64,000 nucleotides of DNA from Escherichia coli 042 (GTDB lineage Bacteria > Pseudomonadota > Gammaproteobacteria > Enterobacterales > Enterobacteriaceae), in NCBI RefSeq assembly GCF_000027125.1, contig NC_017626.1; one strand, 5' to 3'. The position numbers were made by a program, and so were the translations under genes. This document shows, in pieces, positions 17,073 through 27,132 of the stretch. The notes under the pieces were generated by a model. It saw only the letters and a program-made list of their open reading frames with translations. It searched no databases and was not told the origin of the DNA. The number at the start of each line of letters is the position of its first letter. Positions within the stretch are counted from its first letter, which is position 1.

Positions 17073-17136
17073 CTCTGGTAGACTTCCTGTAATTGAATCG
17101 AACTGTAAAACGACAAGTCTGACATAAATGACCGCT

Positions 17137-17868
17137 ATGAGCACTGCAATTACACGCCAGATCGTTCTCGATACCGAAACTACCGGTATGAACCAGATTG
17201 GTGCGCACTATGAAGGCCACAAGATCATTGAGATTGGTGCCGTTGAAGTGGTGAACCGTCGCCTGACGGGCAATAACTTCCATGTTTATCTCAAACCCGA
17301 GCGGCTGGTGGATCCGGAAGCCTTTGGCGTACATGGTATTGCCGATGAGTTTTTGCTCGATAAGCCCACGTTTGCCGAGGTAGCCGATGAGTTCATGAAC
17401 TATATCCGCGGCGCGGAGCTGGTGATCCATAACGCAGCGTTCGATATCGGCTTTATGGACTACGAGTTTTCGTTGCTTAAGCGCGATATTCCGAAGACCA
17501 ATACCTTCTGTAAGGTCACCGATAGCCTTGCGGTGGCGAGGAAAATGTTTCCCGGTAAGCGCAACAGCCTCGATGCGTTATGTGCCCGCTACGAAATAGA
17601 TAACAGTAAACGAACGCTGCACGGGGCATTACTCGATGCCCAGATCCTTGCGGAAGTTTATCTGGCGATGACCGGTGGTCAAACGTCGATGGCTTTTGCG
17701 ATGGAAGGAGAGACACAACAGCAACAAGGTGAAGCAACAATTCAGCGCATTGTGCGTCAGGCAAGTAAGTTACGCGTTGTTTTTGCGACAGATGAAGAGC
17801 TTGCGGCACATGAAGCCCGTCTCGATCTGGTGCAGAAAAAGGGCGGAAGCTGCCTCTGGCGGGCATAA
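17137..17868 (+). CDS. dnaQ: DNA polymerase III epsilon subunit (3'-5' proofreading exonuclease)
   Basis: 243 aa from [19 protein letters not shown] (exo I motif); divergent from rnhA with a 64 bp intergenic region. Confidence 0.93.
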
Positions 17869-18000
17869 ATACCTGTAAAAGGCGCTAAAAATAGCGACTT
17901 GGGCGATTTTTGCAGCAAACGATTCAAAAGATGAGAAAAACCGTTGACGAAGGGTGAGGCAATCCGTAATATTCGCCTCGTTCCCAACGGAACACAACGC

Positions 18001-18077
18001 GGAGCGGTAGTTCAGTCGGTTAGAATACCTGCCTGTCACGCAGGGGGTCGCGGGTTCGAGTCCCGTCCGTTCCGCCA
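18001..18077 (+). tRNA. aspV: tRNA-Asp (GTC), a known genomic-island integration hotspot
   Basis: Identical 77 nt sequence to the rrnH-distal tRNA-Asp; followed by a hairpin and T-run terminator around 18106..18137. Confidence 0.97.
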
Positions 18078-18403
18078 AATTCACTCATGAAAATGAGTTC
18101 AGAGAACCGCGAGATTTTTAATTTTGCGGTTTTTTTGCATTTAAATCCCGCTATTTCTCTGTTCAATGATTTTACTCTGGCGTAAGTGCGTGATTCTCGC
18201 TTGTTGTCTCATTTATTAAAATTCAATAATGATATCGAACCATTCAGCTTAAATATATTTTCTGAGAATGATTTTATATTGATTAAATGAATGTATATTT
18301 CATATTGATTTTGTTTGTTATTATTTAAGTGGGGTATATAATTAGAGTCCGTTATCAGTACTAAATATTCTAATCATCATGACAGGCGAGGGAGTGTCCG
18401 ATT

Positions 18404-19189
18404 ATGAATTCAAAAAAGGTTTGTTGCATATGTGTGTTATTCTCGCTGCTTGCAGGATGTGCCTCTGAATCTCCTATTGATGAAAAAAAGAAAAAAGCTC
18501 AAGTTACACAAAGTAATATTAATAAAAACACTCCCCCGCAACTGACAGACAAAGATTTATTCGGTAATGAAACCACTCTGGCTGTATCCGAGGAGGATAT
18601 TCAAGCTGCGCTTGAAGGAGATGAGTTTCGTGTGCCCCTCAGTTCTCCTGTAATACTTGTTCAGTCTGGTAGTCGCGCACCGGAAACCATTATGCAGGAG
18701 GAGATGAGAAAATATTATACAGTTGCCACATTTTCTGGCATTCCTGACAGGCAAAAAACTTTAACCTGTAATAAAGACAAAAACAAAGATGAAAGCCTAG
18801 ATATTGTAGATGCCGAAAATATGAACTGGATGCAGGCATTGCGTTTTGTTGCAGCAAAAGGCCATCAGAAAGCAATTATTGTTTTCCAGGATACGTTGCA
18901 GACAGGAAAATATGACTCTGGATTAAAATCAATAGTTTGGACAGATTATAAAAATCAAAAATTGACTGACACGATGTCACTGCGTTATTTGGTTCGATTC
19001 ACGCTGGTGGATGTGGCTACAGGTGAGTGGGCTACCTGGTCGCCTGTGAATTATGAATCGAAACTGATTTTTCCGCAGATAGGGAATAAAAATTCTGACA
19101 GCCTTGATGTGGCAGAACAGCAGATTTCACAACTTAAGCAGAAAACGTACGCAGCAGTGGTTAAAGACCTGGTGAATCGATATCAGTAG
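18404..19189 (+). CDS. yafT: Lipoprotein YafT
   Basis: 261 aa; signal peptide with lipobox LLAGC; AT-rich gene in an AT-rich neighbourhood. Confidence 0.8.
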   Translation: MNSKKVCCICVLFSLLAGCASESPIDEKKKKAQVTQSNINKNTPPQLTDKDLFGNETTLAVSEEDIQAALEGDEFRVPLSSPVILVQSGSRAPETIMQEEMRKYYTVATFSGIPDRQKTLTCNKDKNKDESLDIVDAENMNWMQALRFVAAKGHQKAIIVFQDTLQTGKYDSGLKSIVWTDYKNQKLTDTMSLRYLVRFTLVDVATGEWATWSPVNYESKLIFPQIGNKNSDSLDVAEQQISQLKQKTYAAVVKDLVNRYQ

Positions 19190-19528
19190 TGAGGTTTTAT
19201 ACCAGACGTTTTAGTGGTACTTAGCAGGAAAGAGCATTTTTCTTTTCTGTTTTACACTATGGAACAAGTCTGCTAATTAATTTTACATATATTTTTTAGG
19301 AGTAGTAAAAATTTTCCTCAAGTTATTTGTTGTCCTCTCAACATATAAGCTGTAGTTCGAGTTTTCGGTTGAACTGTCAAAAATACATCACATACATCTA
19401 TAAAACAGCAGGTACGGTTAATTAAGAATTTTTATTCGTGATTAACCGTACTTTGTCATTTTATCCTATAATGTTAAATTGCCTTTTTAAAATATAACAA
19501 TAATGCAGATGAAAGACTCCCAGGTAAC

Positions 19529-20008
19529 TTAGAAAATCCGTTCACTCCACAGACTGTACGCACTGGTTCCGGCGACGATGTGCTCCCAGTTGATGCTCTC
19601 ATAGGTAAATGACACAGACTCTTCCGGCTGCCCTGGGCTGTCGTTAATGGTATGGGGAACGGTAAGGCCGATGTTTGAGATCCGGGCATTAGTCAGTTTC
19701 AGCTTGTAGTACGGCTCATTAATACCAAAACGGTTGGTGCGATAGAAGACAAAATCACAGGTCAGACATTCATTCTCCGAAATGGCCTTGCCCAGAAGGG
19801 GGGAGGATTTGTCCACCGGTTTCGTGATAGTCAGTTCCTGGTGATTGACGTTCTGTGCGCGACTCAGCCCATGGGACAGTGACATCACCATGATCTGATC
19901 CTGATGTGCAATCTGGGCCTTGTTACCGATGGACGGCATTGACGAGCATCCGGATGAAATCAGTCCCTGGAGTTCTCCGTTTAGTGTCAGATAGACGGGA
20001 TTTGCCAT
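19529..20008 (-). CDS. hcp: Type VI secretion tube protein Hcp (TssD), second copy at the distal end of the main T6SS operon
   Basis: The ORF track's 288 aa form is an N-terminal over-extension. An Hcp-like 159 aa protein starts at MANPVYLTLNGELQG with an AGGAGA ribosome-binding site upstream of the ATG at 20008. Confidence 0.8.
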   Translation of the reverse strand: MANPVYLTLNGELQGLISSGCSSMPSIGNKAQIAHQDQIMVMSLSHGLSRAQNVNHQELTITKPVDKSSPLLGKAISENECLTCDFVFYRTNRFGINEPYYKLKLTNARISNIGLTVPHTINDSPGQPEESVSFTYESINWEHIVAGTSAYSLWSERIF

Positions 20009-20025
20009 TGTTATTCTCCTTAACC

Positions 20026-21384
20026 TCAATGAGTCGGATGGACAGGTTCGGTTCTGGTATCCGTTGCCATATCCTGTCCGGTATTTTTCAGCAGTAGCCA
20101 GCGGCTTAACAGCCCGTCCAGCCGTTCGTTGATCTCTTTTTCCAGCGCCTGTGTGTCCTGCTTCCGTGCGCGTGTCTCCTGGTACTGTGTCAGCAGGTAC
20201 TCCAGCGGTGTTTCCTGATTCAGTAACCGTTCGGCCTGCCAGGTCACCGTCTTGATATACGAGAGGGTGAAACCCTGTTTCTCCGTCTCCTTTTTCATCA
20301 TCAGATCCGCAAAGTCCCGCAAATTCTGCCGCGCCTGTTGCCAGCCCTTCATCTGCGGACTGGCTTGCGCCCGGTTTCTCAGCGTGTTGCTCCACATCCT
20401 GCTGGCTTCCTGCTGTTGCAGGCTTTCCGGCCAGAGGGTGTCTGCGGTGCGCATCATCTGCATTCCGGTTTCCAGCGGCTGTAGTGGCGGGGCATCCAGA
20501 AGCTGTTGCAGGTACTGTTCATATTCTTTCAGTACCGGGGAGGCCAACCAGGCGGTGGCGGCTCCCTGTGCGGTATCCCTGACTTGCGTAAGCTGCCGTT
20601 GTATCGGATACGCCTGCCACCACCAGAGTACTGCCGCGATAACGGCAGTACAGGCGGCACCGGCAACAAAACCTTTTACCGTGCTGCCCTGTCTAACGTT
20701 GTCGGCGTTATTTGCCACACCGCGCACCTCCACCCGCATTTCCGGCAGGTCGGGCAGGGGAGGCACGGCTTCCGCTGTGGTGGAAGCCGTGCTTTCCGGC
20801 GCATAGACCAGCGTCCGGACCGTGGTCTGTGCCGCCGTATCAGTACGGTTTCCGGGCTGCGGCTCAAACCGCTTGCGTGTGTTCTGCACAAAATAAAGCA
20901 GGTTTTCCACGCGCGGCTGGCGCTTCAGTTCCACCTGCTGGAGTTTGTCGCAAATAAGCTGTAAAGCCCGTTCCGTGCGGTAGAGCAACGGCAGATCATT
21001 TTCGGAAAAGGACACCTGCTGGCGCAGAATATTCCCGGTGCGGGTATTGAACCAGTCCAGCATCTCAGTCCGCGCCGGGCCACCCTGCGGCCAGAATTTA
21101 TCCCATTCGTGGGTGATCATCGCAGCCAGCAGTTCCGAGCCTTCGCAGAACCCTGCCAGCCCCTGATTACGGGTACGCGCCAGCGTATAGTAGGTGGCGG
21201 TATGCAAATCCACCCCGTTGGCCTTAAAAATCGACAGCGCCAGCGATTCCACCAGTTTCCAGTTCAGCTCCGGCTGTGACGGGTGGTTAGCTTTGTTAAT
21301 TTCTTCGCGGATGGCGCTGAACTCCGGCAGGGCGCGCGGATCGCTGCCGGTAACGATAGTTTGTGTCAGTGCGTAATTGCTCAT
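20026..21384 (-). CDS. T6SS-associated ImpA N-terminal-domain membrane protein (VasL-like)
   Basis: The 499 aa ORF-track form overlaps tssM; the start is placed at the internal Met (MSNYALTQTIVTGSDPRALPEF) preceded by an AAGGGGA ribosome-binding site. ImpA_N-like N-terminus plus one predicted transmembrane helix (AGAACTAVIAAVLWWW). Confidence 0.6.
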   Translation of the reverse strand: MSNYALTQTIVTGSDPRALPEFSAIREEINKANHPSQPELNWKLVESLALSIFKANGVDLHTATYYTLARTRNQGLAGFCEGSELLAAMITHEWDKFWPQGGPARTEMLDWFNTRTGNILRQQVSFSENDLPLLYRTERALQLICDKLQQVELKRQPRVENLLYFVQNTRKRFEPQPGNRTDTAAQTTVRTLVYAPESTASTTAEAVPPLPDLPEMRVEVRGVANNADNVRQGSTVKGFVAGAACTAVIAAVLWWWQAYPIQRQLTQVRDTAQGAATAWLASPVLKEYEQYLQQLLDAPPLQPLETGMQMMRTADTLWPESLQQQEASRMWSNTLRNRAQASPQMKGWQQARQNLRDFADLMMKKETEKQGFTLSYIKTVTWQAERLLNQETPLEYLLTQYQETRARKQDTQALEKEINERLDGLLSRWLLLKNTGQDMATDTRTEPVHPTH

Positions 21385-21394
21385 CACTATCCCC

Positions 21395-24300
21395 TTAATA
21401 CAACGTATCCGGTAAACGGAACAGGCTGAACAGACCGCCGGTGAACGGGTTATCTTCGGTATCCACATGCACCCGGTAAACCATTGCGCCGCCGTCCACG
21501 TTAAAGCGCACGTTAAAGGTGTCACTGGTCACATTGGTCAACTGGCCCGCGCCGAACAGGCGGAACTGCGCCCACGGTCCACTGAACGCGATACTGTGCG
21601 GTGCTCTGCCGCTGGTGCCAATCAGCGTCAGCTTGCTTTCATTGCCTTCACGCATGTTGTTCGGCCAGACCAGATGGGCGGTGTAGTTGCGTCCCTGGCT
21701 GTAGTCCACTAACTGGCCGTCCAGGTTAAGTACGCTGCGCCGCTTATTGCCGGAAAGCGATACGGTTTCCACGGCAAACTGTGCGCCCAGCCCGTTCTGC
21801 TGGCTGAAGAAGATGTCGCGGATTTTCTGCGCGGTATCCAGTTGCTGCCGGATATCTTCACGGATTAACACTCTGCCGTCGTCGCCAAAGGTCAGATCGT
21901 TTTCAAGGAACAGGCGCAGGTTGTTCTTGTAGAAATTGTCCAGAATGCCATCCGGTTTAAAGAAACGTTCAAACGAATCCAGTGAGGCATCCTGTGTGGC
22001 GCGCGGATTAAACGGATAGTTATCGGCAAGCTGCTCGTTGAAGGGTTTCACTACATTGTCGCGCCAGTCCACTTCCATGTAACGAACGGCTTCCACCATC
22101 ACCACATGCCAGGCCTGATCCGCGAGCTTACCTACCCAGCGGTTAAGCGGTGCAGGGAGAGTTTTTGCCATCTGGCGGGTAGCGAAGATTGGATCGCTGC
22201 TGTTTTGATCCAGACGTAGCTGTACTGCTTTCAGCGCCGATTTCCCCGGCACTGGCGAGTTCTGGATCGCCAGCAGGTAACGGTGCAGCTCGGTCAGTTG
22301 CTGGTACACGGCCTGTAGCGTACTCGCCTTGTCCTTTTGCTCCTCCAGTGCGCTGTTTTCCGGTGCGAACTCATGCCCCAGCCGGGATAACAGGCGGTAA
22401 TCCATCTCATTTATTGCCGCTTCCCTCGCCTTATCATCCAGTTTGCCGGAGAGCGTCAGCGCGTGGGTATTATCGCGCAGCGCCGTCAGCGCACGCTGGA
22501 ATGGCTGATCGCCGCTGATAATCTGCTCCAGCGCGTCGGTCAGCGCCGACATGGCCTCATAGTCACGGACGTTGAGGTTATCCATTCCGGCACGCCAGGT
22601 GGCGGTATAGTCACTGATGTACTGTTCGGTGATATGGCGCTGGATCTCTTCACGGTCGGCCTCGCTGTAGGCGACGCTTTGCGTCAGGTTCAGTACCCAC
22701 GAATCCAGCGCGGTCAGCTCAACGAGGCCCTCACGCTGTTTGACAAAATAGCTTTGCAGTCCATAGCGGGTGAGGAACTGCGGGATCACCAGTTTTTCAT
22801 CATTACCGGCGACGAACACGTTGTCGAAGGTGGGACCAACCTGGTCGCGCAAATTCAAATCGGCGGGCAACACGCTTAATGCTTTGGTGCGCAGGGTCTG
22901 GTAGACACGCTGGTATATGGGCAGCTTGCTCAGTTCCTGCTGCGCATTAATGACCGGTTTATCATAGGGGGTCCAGCGGCTGACAGCATCGCTGTCACCG
23001 CTCTGGCGCTGCGCGTGCCAGTCGGTGTGCTCCAGCGCATAGTCCAGATGCGCCATCAGTTGCGCCTGAATATCGCGCTGGCCGTGAAATTCATTGCTCC
23101 AGCGCCGCGCCATGTACTGTTTTACCGCCTCGTTGTTGCGCCCACTTTTGTCTTCCATCATGCGCAGTACGCGCAGCACGGCGAGCTTTTCTTCGCTCTC
23201 TGGCGGGGCATTGTTTAGATCCCGGATCAGGCCGTTCATTAACGAGGGGAGATAACGCTGCTCAAGAAGCTGAATGTAGGTTTGCTCCACATACGGCCCT
23301 ACGCGGACGCCCTGGTACAATCCCATATCCGCCAGAAAACCGCGATCGCGGTAATCGCCATAGGCCAGGGTGGCATCGCGTACCGGATTAAGCAACGACA
23401 GTTGCAGATTGCCGAATTCATCCGTTCCTTGCGGTGGTGGTACGTCCATAAAGGCTTTAGCCTGTGCCAGTACGTTAACGCCGGACTGCCAGTTCTGATT
23501 GTAATAATGGTGCCAGCTTCCGACCAGCAATGCCGCCAGCGCCGCGCCACAGGCGGAAAAGGCGGTCAGCCTGCGCCGGGAGCTGTTCAGCCAGACGCTG
23601 TTTTCACCCGCCAGGTTCGGCTCAGCCAGCAGGACTTCAGGGAAGAGGCGGCGAGTAAAATACGGCGTCGTCTCCACCAGAGGCCAGGTTGCCAGCGAGC
23701 TGTTACCCAGCCCGTACTGGCGGGCGGCGGACTGCGTGAAAATATCATCCACCTGGCCACGCTGTAGCGATGATGTGAGCCAGACGCCACGCAGCATTAC
23801 ATCCATGTTCTCACCGTCCAGCAATGCGGCGAGCAGTGCGGTGACGATTTCTCCTGTTCCCTGCATCTGACGGGAGAAGCTGAACACGGCGCTGCGGGGA
23901 GCAGCACCGGTTTGTGCGAGCATCAGATCCGACAGCGCCAGGTTCACCTGTTGTACCCACGTCTGCCAGAAAGCCCCCAGTTCGCTGCGCCAGTCGTCAC
24001 TTTCATGGGCGCGGCGGGTAAACGTGACGCCGAGGATCGCATCGCGGTCTTTTTTATCCAGTGAATGGAACAGCGCGGCAAAGCCGGTCAGCAGATCCAG
24101 CCGTGTCAGCACCACGTAAACGGGCAGACGGCAGTGCAGACTCTGGCGGATCTCCTGAAGTTGCTGGCGCAAATTTTGTACCAGTGTCTCACGGCGGGAT
24201 TTATCCGCCGTCAGCAGATCGGGAAGATCGAGCGTCAGGATCAGGCCGTTGAGCGGCTGGCGCGCGCGCGTTTGCATCAGCCAGCCCAGCCAGTGTTCGC

Positions 24301-24922
24301 GCAGGCGGCGGTGGAGCAGATCATCCCCGCCGGGCGAGGTCAGTACGCCGTCAACATCGAAAATCACCGCTTGGTTGCCCACTCGCGGTGTGATCAGCGG
24401 ATGGTATTCCGTACCCCGGATGCTTTCCGGCGTGTAAATAATGTCAGATGGAAAGCCCTCGCGCAGCAGAGCGCTTTTACCGCTACCCGCAGGACCAATG
24501 ACCATATACCACGGCAACTGCCACAGATAACGGCGGTTATCCAGATGGCGGCGCAGGCGCAGCAGCCAGTGATCCAGATATTGCTGCTGGCGGTGGAGTT
24601 CCACGGTCAACGGATCTTTTTCTTCCTCCCGCTGCTGTTTCTGCTGTTTTTCCAGCTTTTGCAGACGCTTCATTACCCGCCAGGTGAGCCAGATCAGAGC
24701 GATAAGCCCCCAGACGGCGGTCGCCAGCCAGCGGTTTGTTAGAGGAGCCAGCCAGTGCTGCTCATAGAGCGTCCATTTCGGACCTTGCCACCAGATCCAC
24801 ACCAGCAGAAAAATCCATGCCAGCGCCAGCAGCCAGGCGGCGGATACCCTGAATCGCGGCATCGCTGGCCTGAGAGCAGATCTCAGCGTGCTGAACAGTC
24901 GGGATGTCGGAAATCTGAACAC
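21395..24922 (-). CDS. tssM: T6SS membrane complex protein TssM (IcmF)
   Basis: 1175 aa; N-terminal transmembrane helices, Walker A GPAGSGKS, large periplasmic C-terminal domain; IcmF-family architecture. Confidence 0.9.
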   Translation of the reverse strand: MFRFPTSRLFSTLRSALRPAMPRFRVSAAWLLALAWIFLLVWIWWQGPKWTLYEQHWLAPLTNRWLATAVWGLIALIWLTWRVMKRLQKLEKQQKQQREEEKDPLTVELHRQQQYLDHWLLRLRRHLDNRRYLWQLPWYMVIGPAGSGKSALLREGFPSDIIYTPESIRGTEYHPLITPRVGNQAVIFDVDGVLTSPGGDDLLHRRLREHWLGWLMQTRARQPLNGLILTLDLPDLLTADKSRRETLVQNLRQQLQEIRQSLHCRLPVYVVLTRLDLLTGFAALFHSLDKKDRDAILGVTFTRRAHESDDWRSELGAFWQTWVQQVNLALSDLMLAQTGAAPRSAVFSFSRQMQGTGEIVTALLAALLDGENMDVMLRGVWLTSSLQRGQVDDIFTQSAARQYGLGNSSLATWPLVETTPYFTRRLFPEVLLAEPNLAGENSVWLNSSRRRLTAFSACGAALAALLVGSWHHYYNQNWQSGVNVLAQAKAFMDVPPPQGTDEFGNLQLSLLNPVRDATLAYGDYRDRGFLADMGLYQGVRVGPYVEQTYIQLLEQRYLPSLMNGLIRDLNNAPPESEEKLAVLRVLRMMEDKSGRNNEAVKQYMARRWSNEFHGQRDIQAQLMAHLDYALEHTDWHAQRQSGDSDAVSRWTPYDKPVINAQQELSKLPIYQRVYQTLRTKALSVLPADLNLRDQVGPTFDNVFVAGNDEKLVIPQFLTRYGLQSYFVKQREGLVELTALDSWVLNLTQSVAYSEADREEIQRHITEQYISDYTATWRAGMDNLNVRDYEAMSALTDALEQIISGDQPFQRALTALRDNTHALTLSGKLDDKAREAAINEMDYRLLSRLGHEFAPENSALEEQKDKASTLQAVYQQLTELHRYLLAIQNSPVPGKSALKAVQLRLDQNSSDPIFATRQMAKTLPAPLNRWVGKLADQAWHVVMVEAVRYMEVDWRDNVVKPFNEQLADNYPFNPRATQDASLDSFERFFKPDGILDNFYKNNLRLFLENDLTFGDDGRVLIREDIRQQLDTAQKIRDIFFSQQNGLGAQFAVETVSLSGNKRRSVLNLDGQLVDYSQGRNYTAHLVWPNNMREGNESKLTLIGTSGRAPHSIAFSGPWAQFRLFGAGQLTNVTSDTFNVRFNVDGGAMVYRVHVDTEDNPFTGGLFSLFRLPDTLY

Positions 24923-24941
24923 GGTAACTCCTTGTTATCTT

Positions 24942-26384
24942 TTACTGTTCTGCCGTGAATTTTTGTTCCAGTGCTTCCAGCAGGGACGGTTCCCATTCGG
25001 ACAGCATCATGTGTAATCCTGTTCTGAAGAGTATCCGGTACTGCTGTTGTGCAAGCTGAACCATACCGGCCTCTTCCAGTAACTGCGCGCCGAAAAACTG
25101 GCGGTGAAACTGGTGGCGGGGATCACCTTCGGGCAGGTTTTCCAGGTACCGCAGCGCGGCTTCCAGCCCGTTTTCATCGAAGCACGCCCTGGCCGCCTGT
25201 AATTCTTCATCGGTCTGTACAACCGGGGCGGTCTGGTTGACTGAGCCGGATGATGCCAGCCACTGTTTCGTCTGTTCGGACACAAACGGAGTGCGGTCGT
25301 TAAACAACAGGTTGATCAGTGCGGGCAGGCGGGCCAGAAAACCGGTAACTTCATCACGGATAGCATCCGCCACCTGTTTATAACCGAGGCGCAGCGCGGT
25401 CTGTGCTGAGAGGTAATGACCGTCCAGCCAGTACGGGGCCAGCAGCAGGCTTTTTTCCACCTGCTGCCACAGCGCCATGTCGGCATTGTTCAGCCGCGCC
25501 AGGTAATCATCCATCATATCGACAGGGAAGGCTGCCAGTGGGGTCCGGCCATCGCTTTCTGCCTGCGGGGTACTGGTGATGGTCTGCCACAGAGCATGGC
25601 GGCGCAGTCGGTAACCCTGCGGTGACTCCGGCTGGCGCTCACAGAGAATGGCGGCCACCTTCAGCAGGGTGTCGCGCCATGCTTTATCGTCGTGGCTGTC
25701 AACAGTGACCTGCGGGATTGGAGTGGCTGCAACAGGAGGCTGAGCGGCAACCGTGTGCGGTGACATATCCGGTACAGATCCGGCTGTGGCCTGCGGCGCA
25801 ATGGCGGCGGTTCGTGCAGATGATGGCATTTCAGGCGCTACATCACGAAACGCGCGCTGAAACAGGGCAAATAAATCGTCTGTCGCCTTAGCCAGCTCAG
25901 GAGCGTTGTGCGCCTGCCAGCACTGTGCCAGTTTTGCCAGCTCTCCCAGCAAAGCATCGCGCTGTATTGTCGCAGCATTCCCGGCAAAGTCCTGAACGGC
26001 AGACTCAAAGCGTTTTATCACCTGGGCGGCAAAGCGTTTTTTGTGGGCCATGTTCTGCGGTGCGGCGCATGTCCAGTAGTGTTCTGTATATTGTGCCAGC
26101 ATCCTGGAGGCCAGCAGAATATCACCGGCATGTTGCAGGGTACGCAGCAGGTGGGCCAGCAGGCGAAAATCTTTGGTTTCTGAGGCCAGAAGCATCAGGC
26201 CCCGGCGCTGAAGTTCCGGGATATCAAGCTGGCTGTGCGCCAGTGAACCGAGCTTGACGATTTCGCTGTCGACAAACTCCCAGTCTGCATTGCCATCATC
26301 AAGCGCGGCGGACAGCTTATCTTCCGGCAGGTTTTCCAGCAGGTGTGCAAGCCATACATCGGGATTACGTAAGTCCATTGCCAT
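24942..26384 (-). CDS. tssA: T6SS protein TssA (ImpA family)
   Basis: The ORF-track start at 26450 is an over-extension into the upstream gene; start taken at MAMDLRNPDVW, preceded by a GGGAGA ribosome-binding site. ImpA-like N-terminus. Confidence 0.8.
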   Translation of the reverse strand: MAMDLRNPDVWLAHLLENLPEDKLSAALDDGNADWEFVDSEIVKLGSLAHSQLDIPELQRRGLMLLASETKDFRLLAHLLRTLQHAGDILLASRMLAQYTEHYWTCAAPQNMAHKKRFAAQVIKRFESAVQDFAGNAATIQRDALLGELAKLAQCWQAHNAPELAKATDDLFALFQRAFRDVAPEMPSSARTAAIAPQATAGSVPDMSPHTVAAQPPVAATPIPQVTVDSHDDKAWRDTLLKVAAILCERQPESPQGYRLRRHALWQTITSTPQAESDGRTPLAAFPVDMMDDYLARLNNADMALWQQVEKSLLLAPYWLDGHYLSAQTALRLGYKQVADAIRDEVTGFLARLPALINLLFNDRTPFVSEQTKQWLASSGSVNQTAPVVQTDEELQAARACFDENGLEAALRYLENLPEGDPRHQFHRQFFGAQLLEEAGMVQLAQQQYRILFRTGLHMMLSEWEPSLLEALEQKFTAEQ

Positions 26385-26388
26385 ATTC

Positions 26389-27132
26389 TTATTCTCCCGC
26401 CCAGTGGCAGGCGTCGCGTAGCGGCGCAATAACCCGTGCCAGCCCGTCAATGTTAAAGGTCAGCTTTCCGGCGGCGTTGTCTGTGTCGGTATCCACCGTC
26501 AGCGTTTTTGCGCCGAACAGTTGCTTAATTTCATCGATACCGGATAACCCCCGGCTGGACTCCAGCAGGGTGCCGTTCTCGCGCACAAACCAGTGGCTGC
26601 GTAATGCCCGGCTGTCGGCATTCAGGGTGACGGCGATATCATGGACATCCAGAGGGTGCATCAGCGCCACCTGCATCCGGGTGATATTGTCCACGCAACT
26701 GAACATCAGCACCGGGCGCGGCGGAACATGGCCGATAGCCGGGGTGGTTATCACTACCGTCGGGCGTTCACCCGGCACCTGCGTCACCAGCAGCCCTGTG
26801 GTATTGCCCTGGCGGCGTTTTTCCTGCTCTGTGGCGCGGGTCCAGGCTTCGCCCTGGTAACGGGCTTTCACCAGTGCAGCCCCACCAAAGGCTGGCTGCT
26901 CTGGCGAAAGAATGCGGTCATAACAGTCAAGCCGCTCCAGCGCCGCAGGCTCCCGCCGACAGGACCGCATGGACTGTAACGTGGCTGCCGCATCCGAAGG
27001 TGTCGCTGTTGCAGCGGCTACCGCCACACCGGCCATTGACGATGTTTCTGCGGGCGCGGCACTGGCGGGTAAGCCCGCCATCAGGCCCGCGATAAACCAT
27101 CCTGTCTGCAGGAAAACGCGCAACCTGCTCAT
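26389..27132 (-). CDS. T6SS-associated secreted protein (VasI/TagO-like)
   Basis: 247 aa with N-terminal signal peptide (FIAGLMAGLPASAAPA); sits between clpV and tssA as in other T6SS clusters; 4 bp overlap with the clpV stop. Confidence 0.55.
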   Translation of the reverse strand: MSRLRVFLQTGWFIAGLMAGLPASAAPAETSSMAGVAVAAATATPSDAAATLQSMRSCRREPAALERLDCYDRILSPEQPAFGGAALVKARYQGEAWTRATEQEKRRQGNTTGLLVTQVPGERPTVVITTPAIGHVPPRPVLMFSCVDNITRMQVALMHPLDVHDIAVTLNADSRALRSHWFVRENGTLLESSRGLSGIDEIKQLFGAKTLTVDTDTDNAAGKLTFNIDGLARVIAPLRDACHWAGE

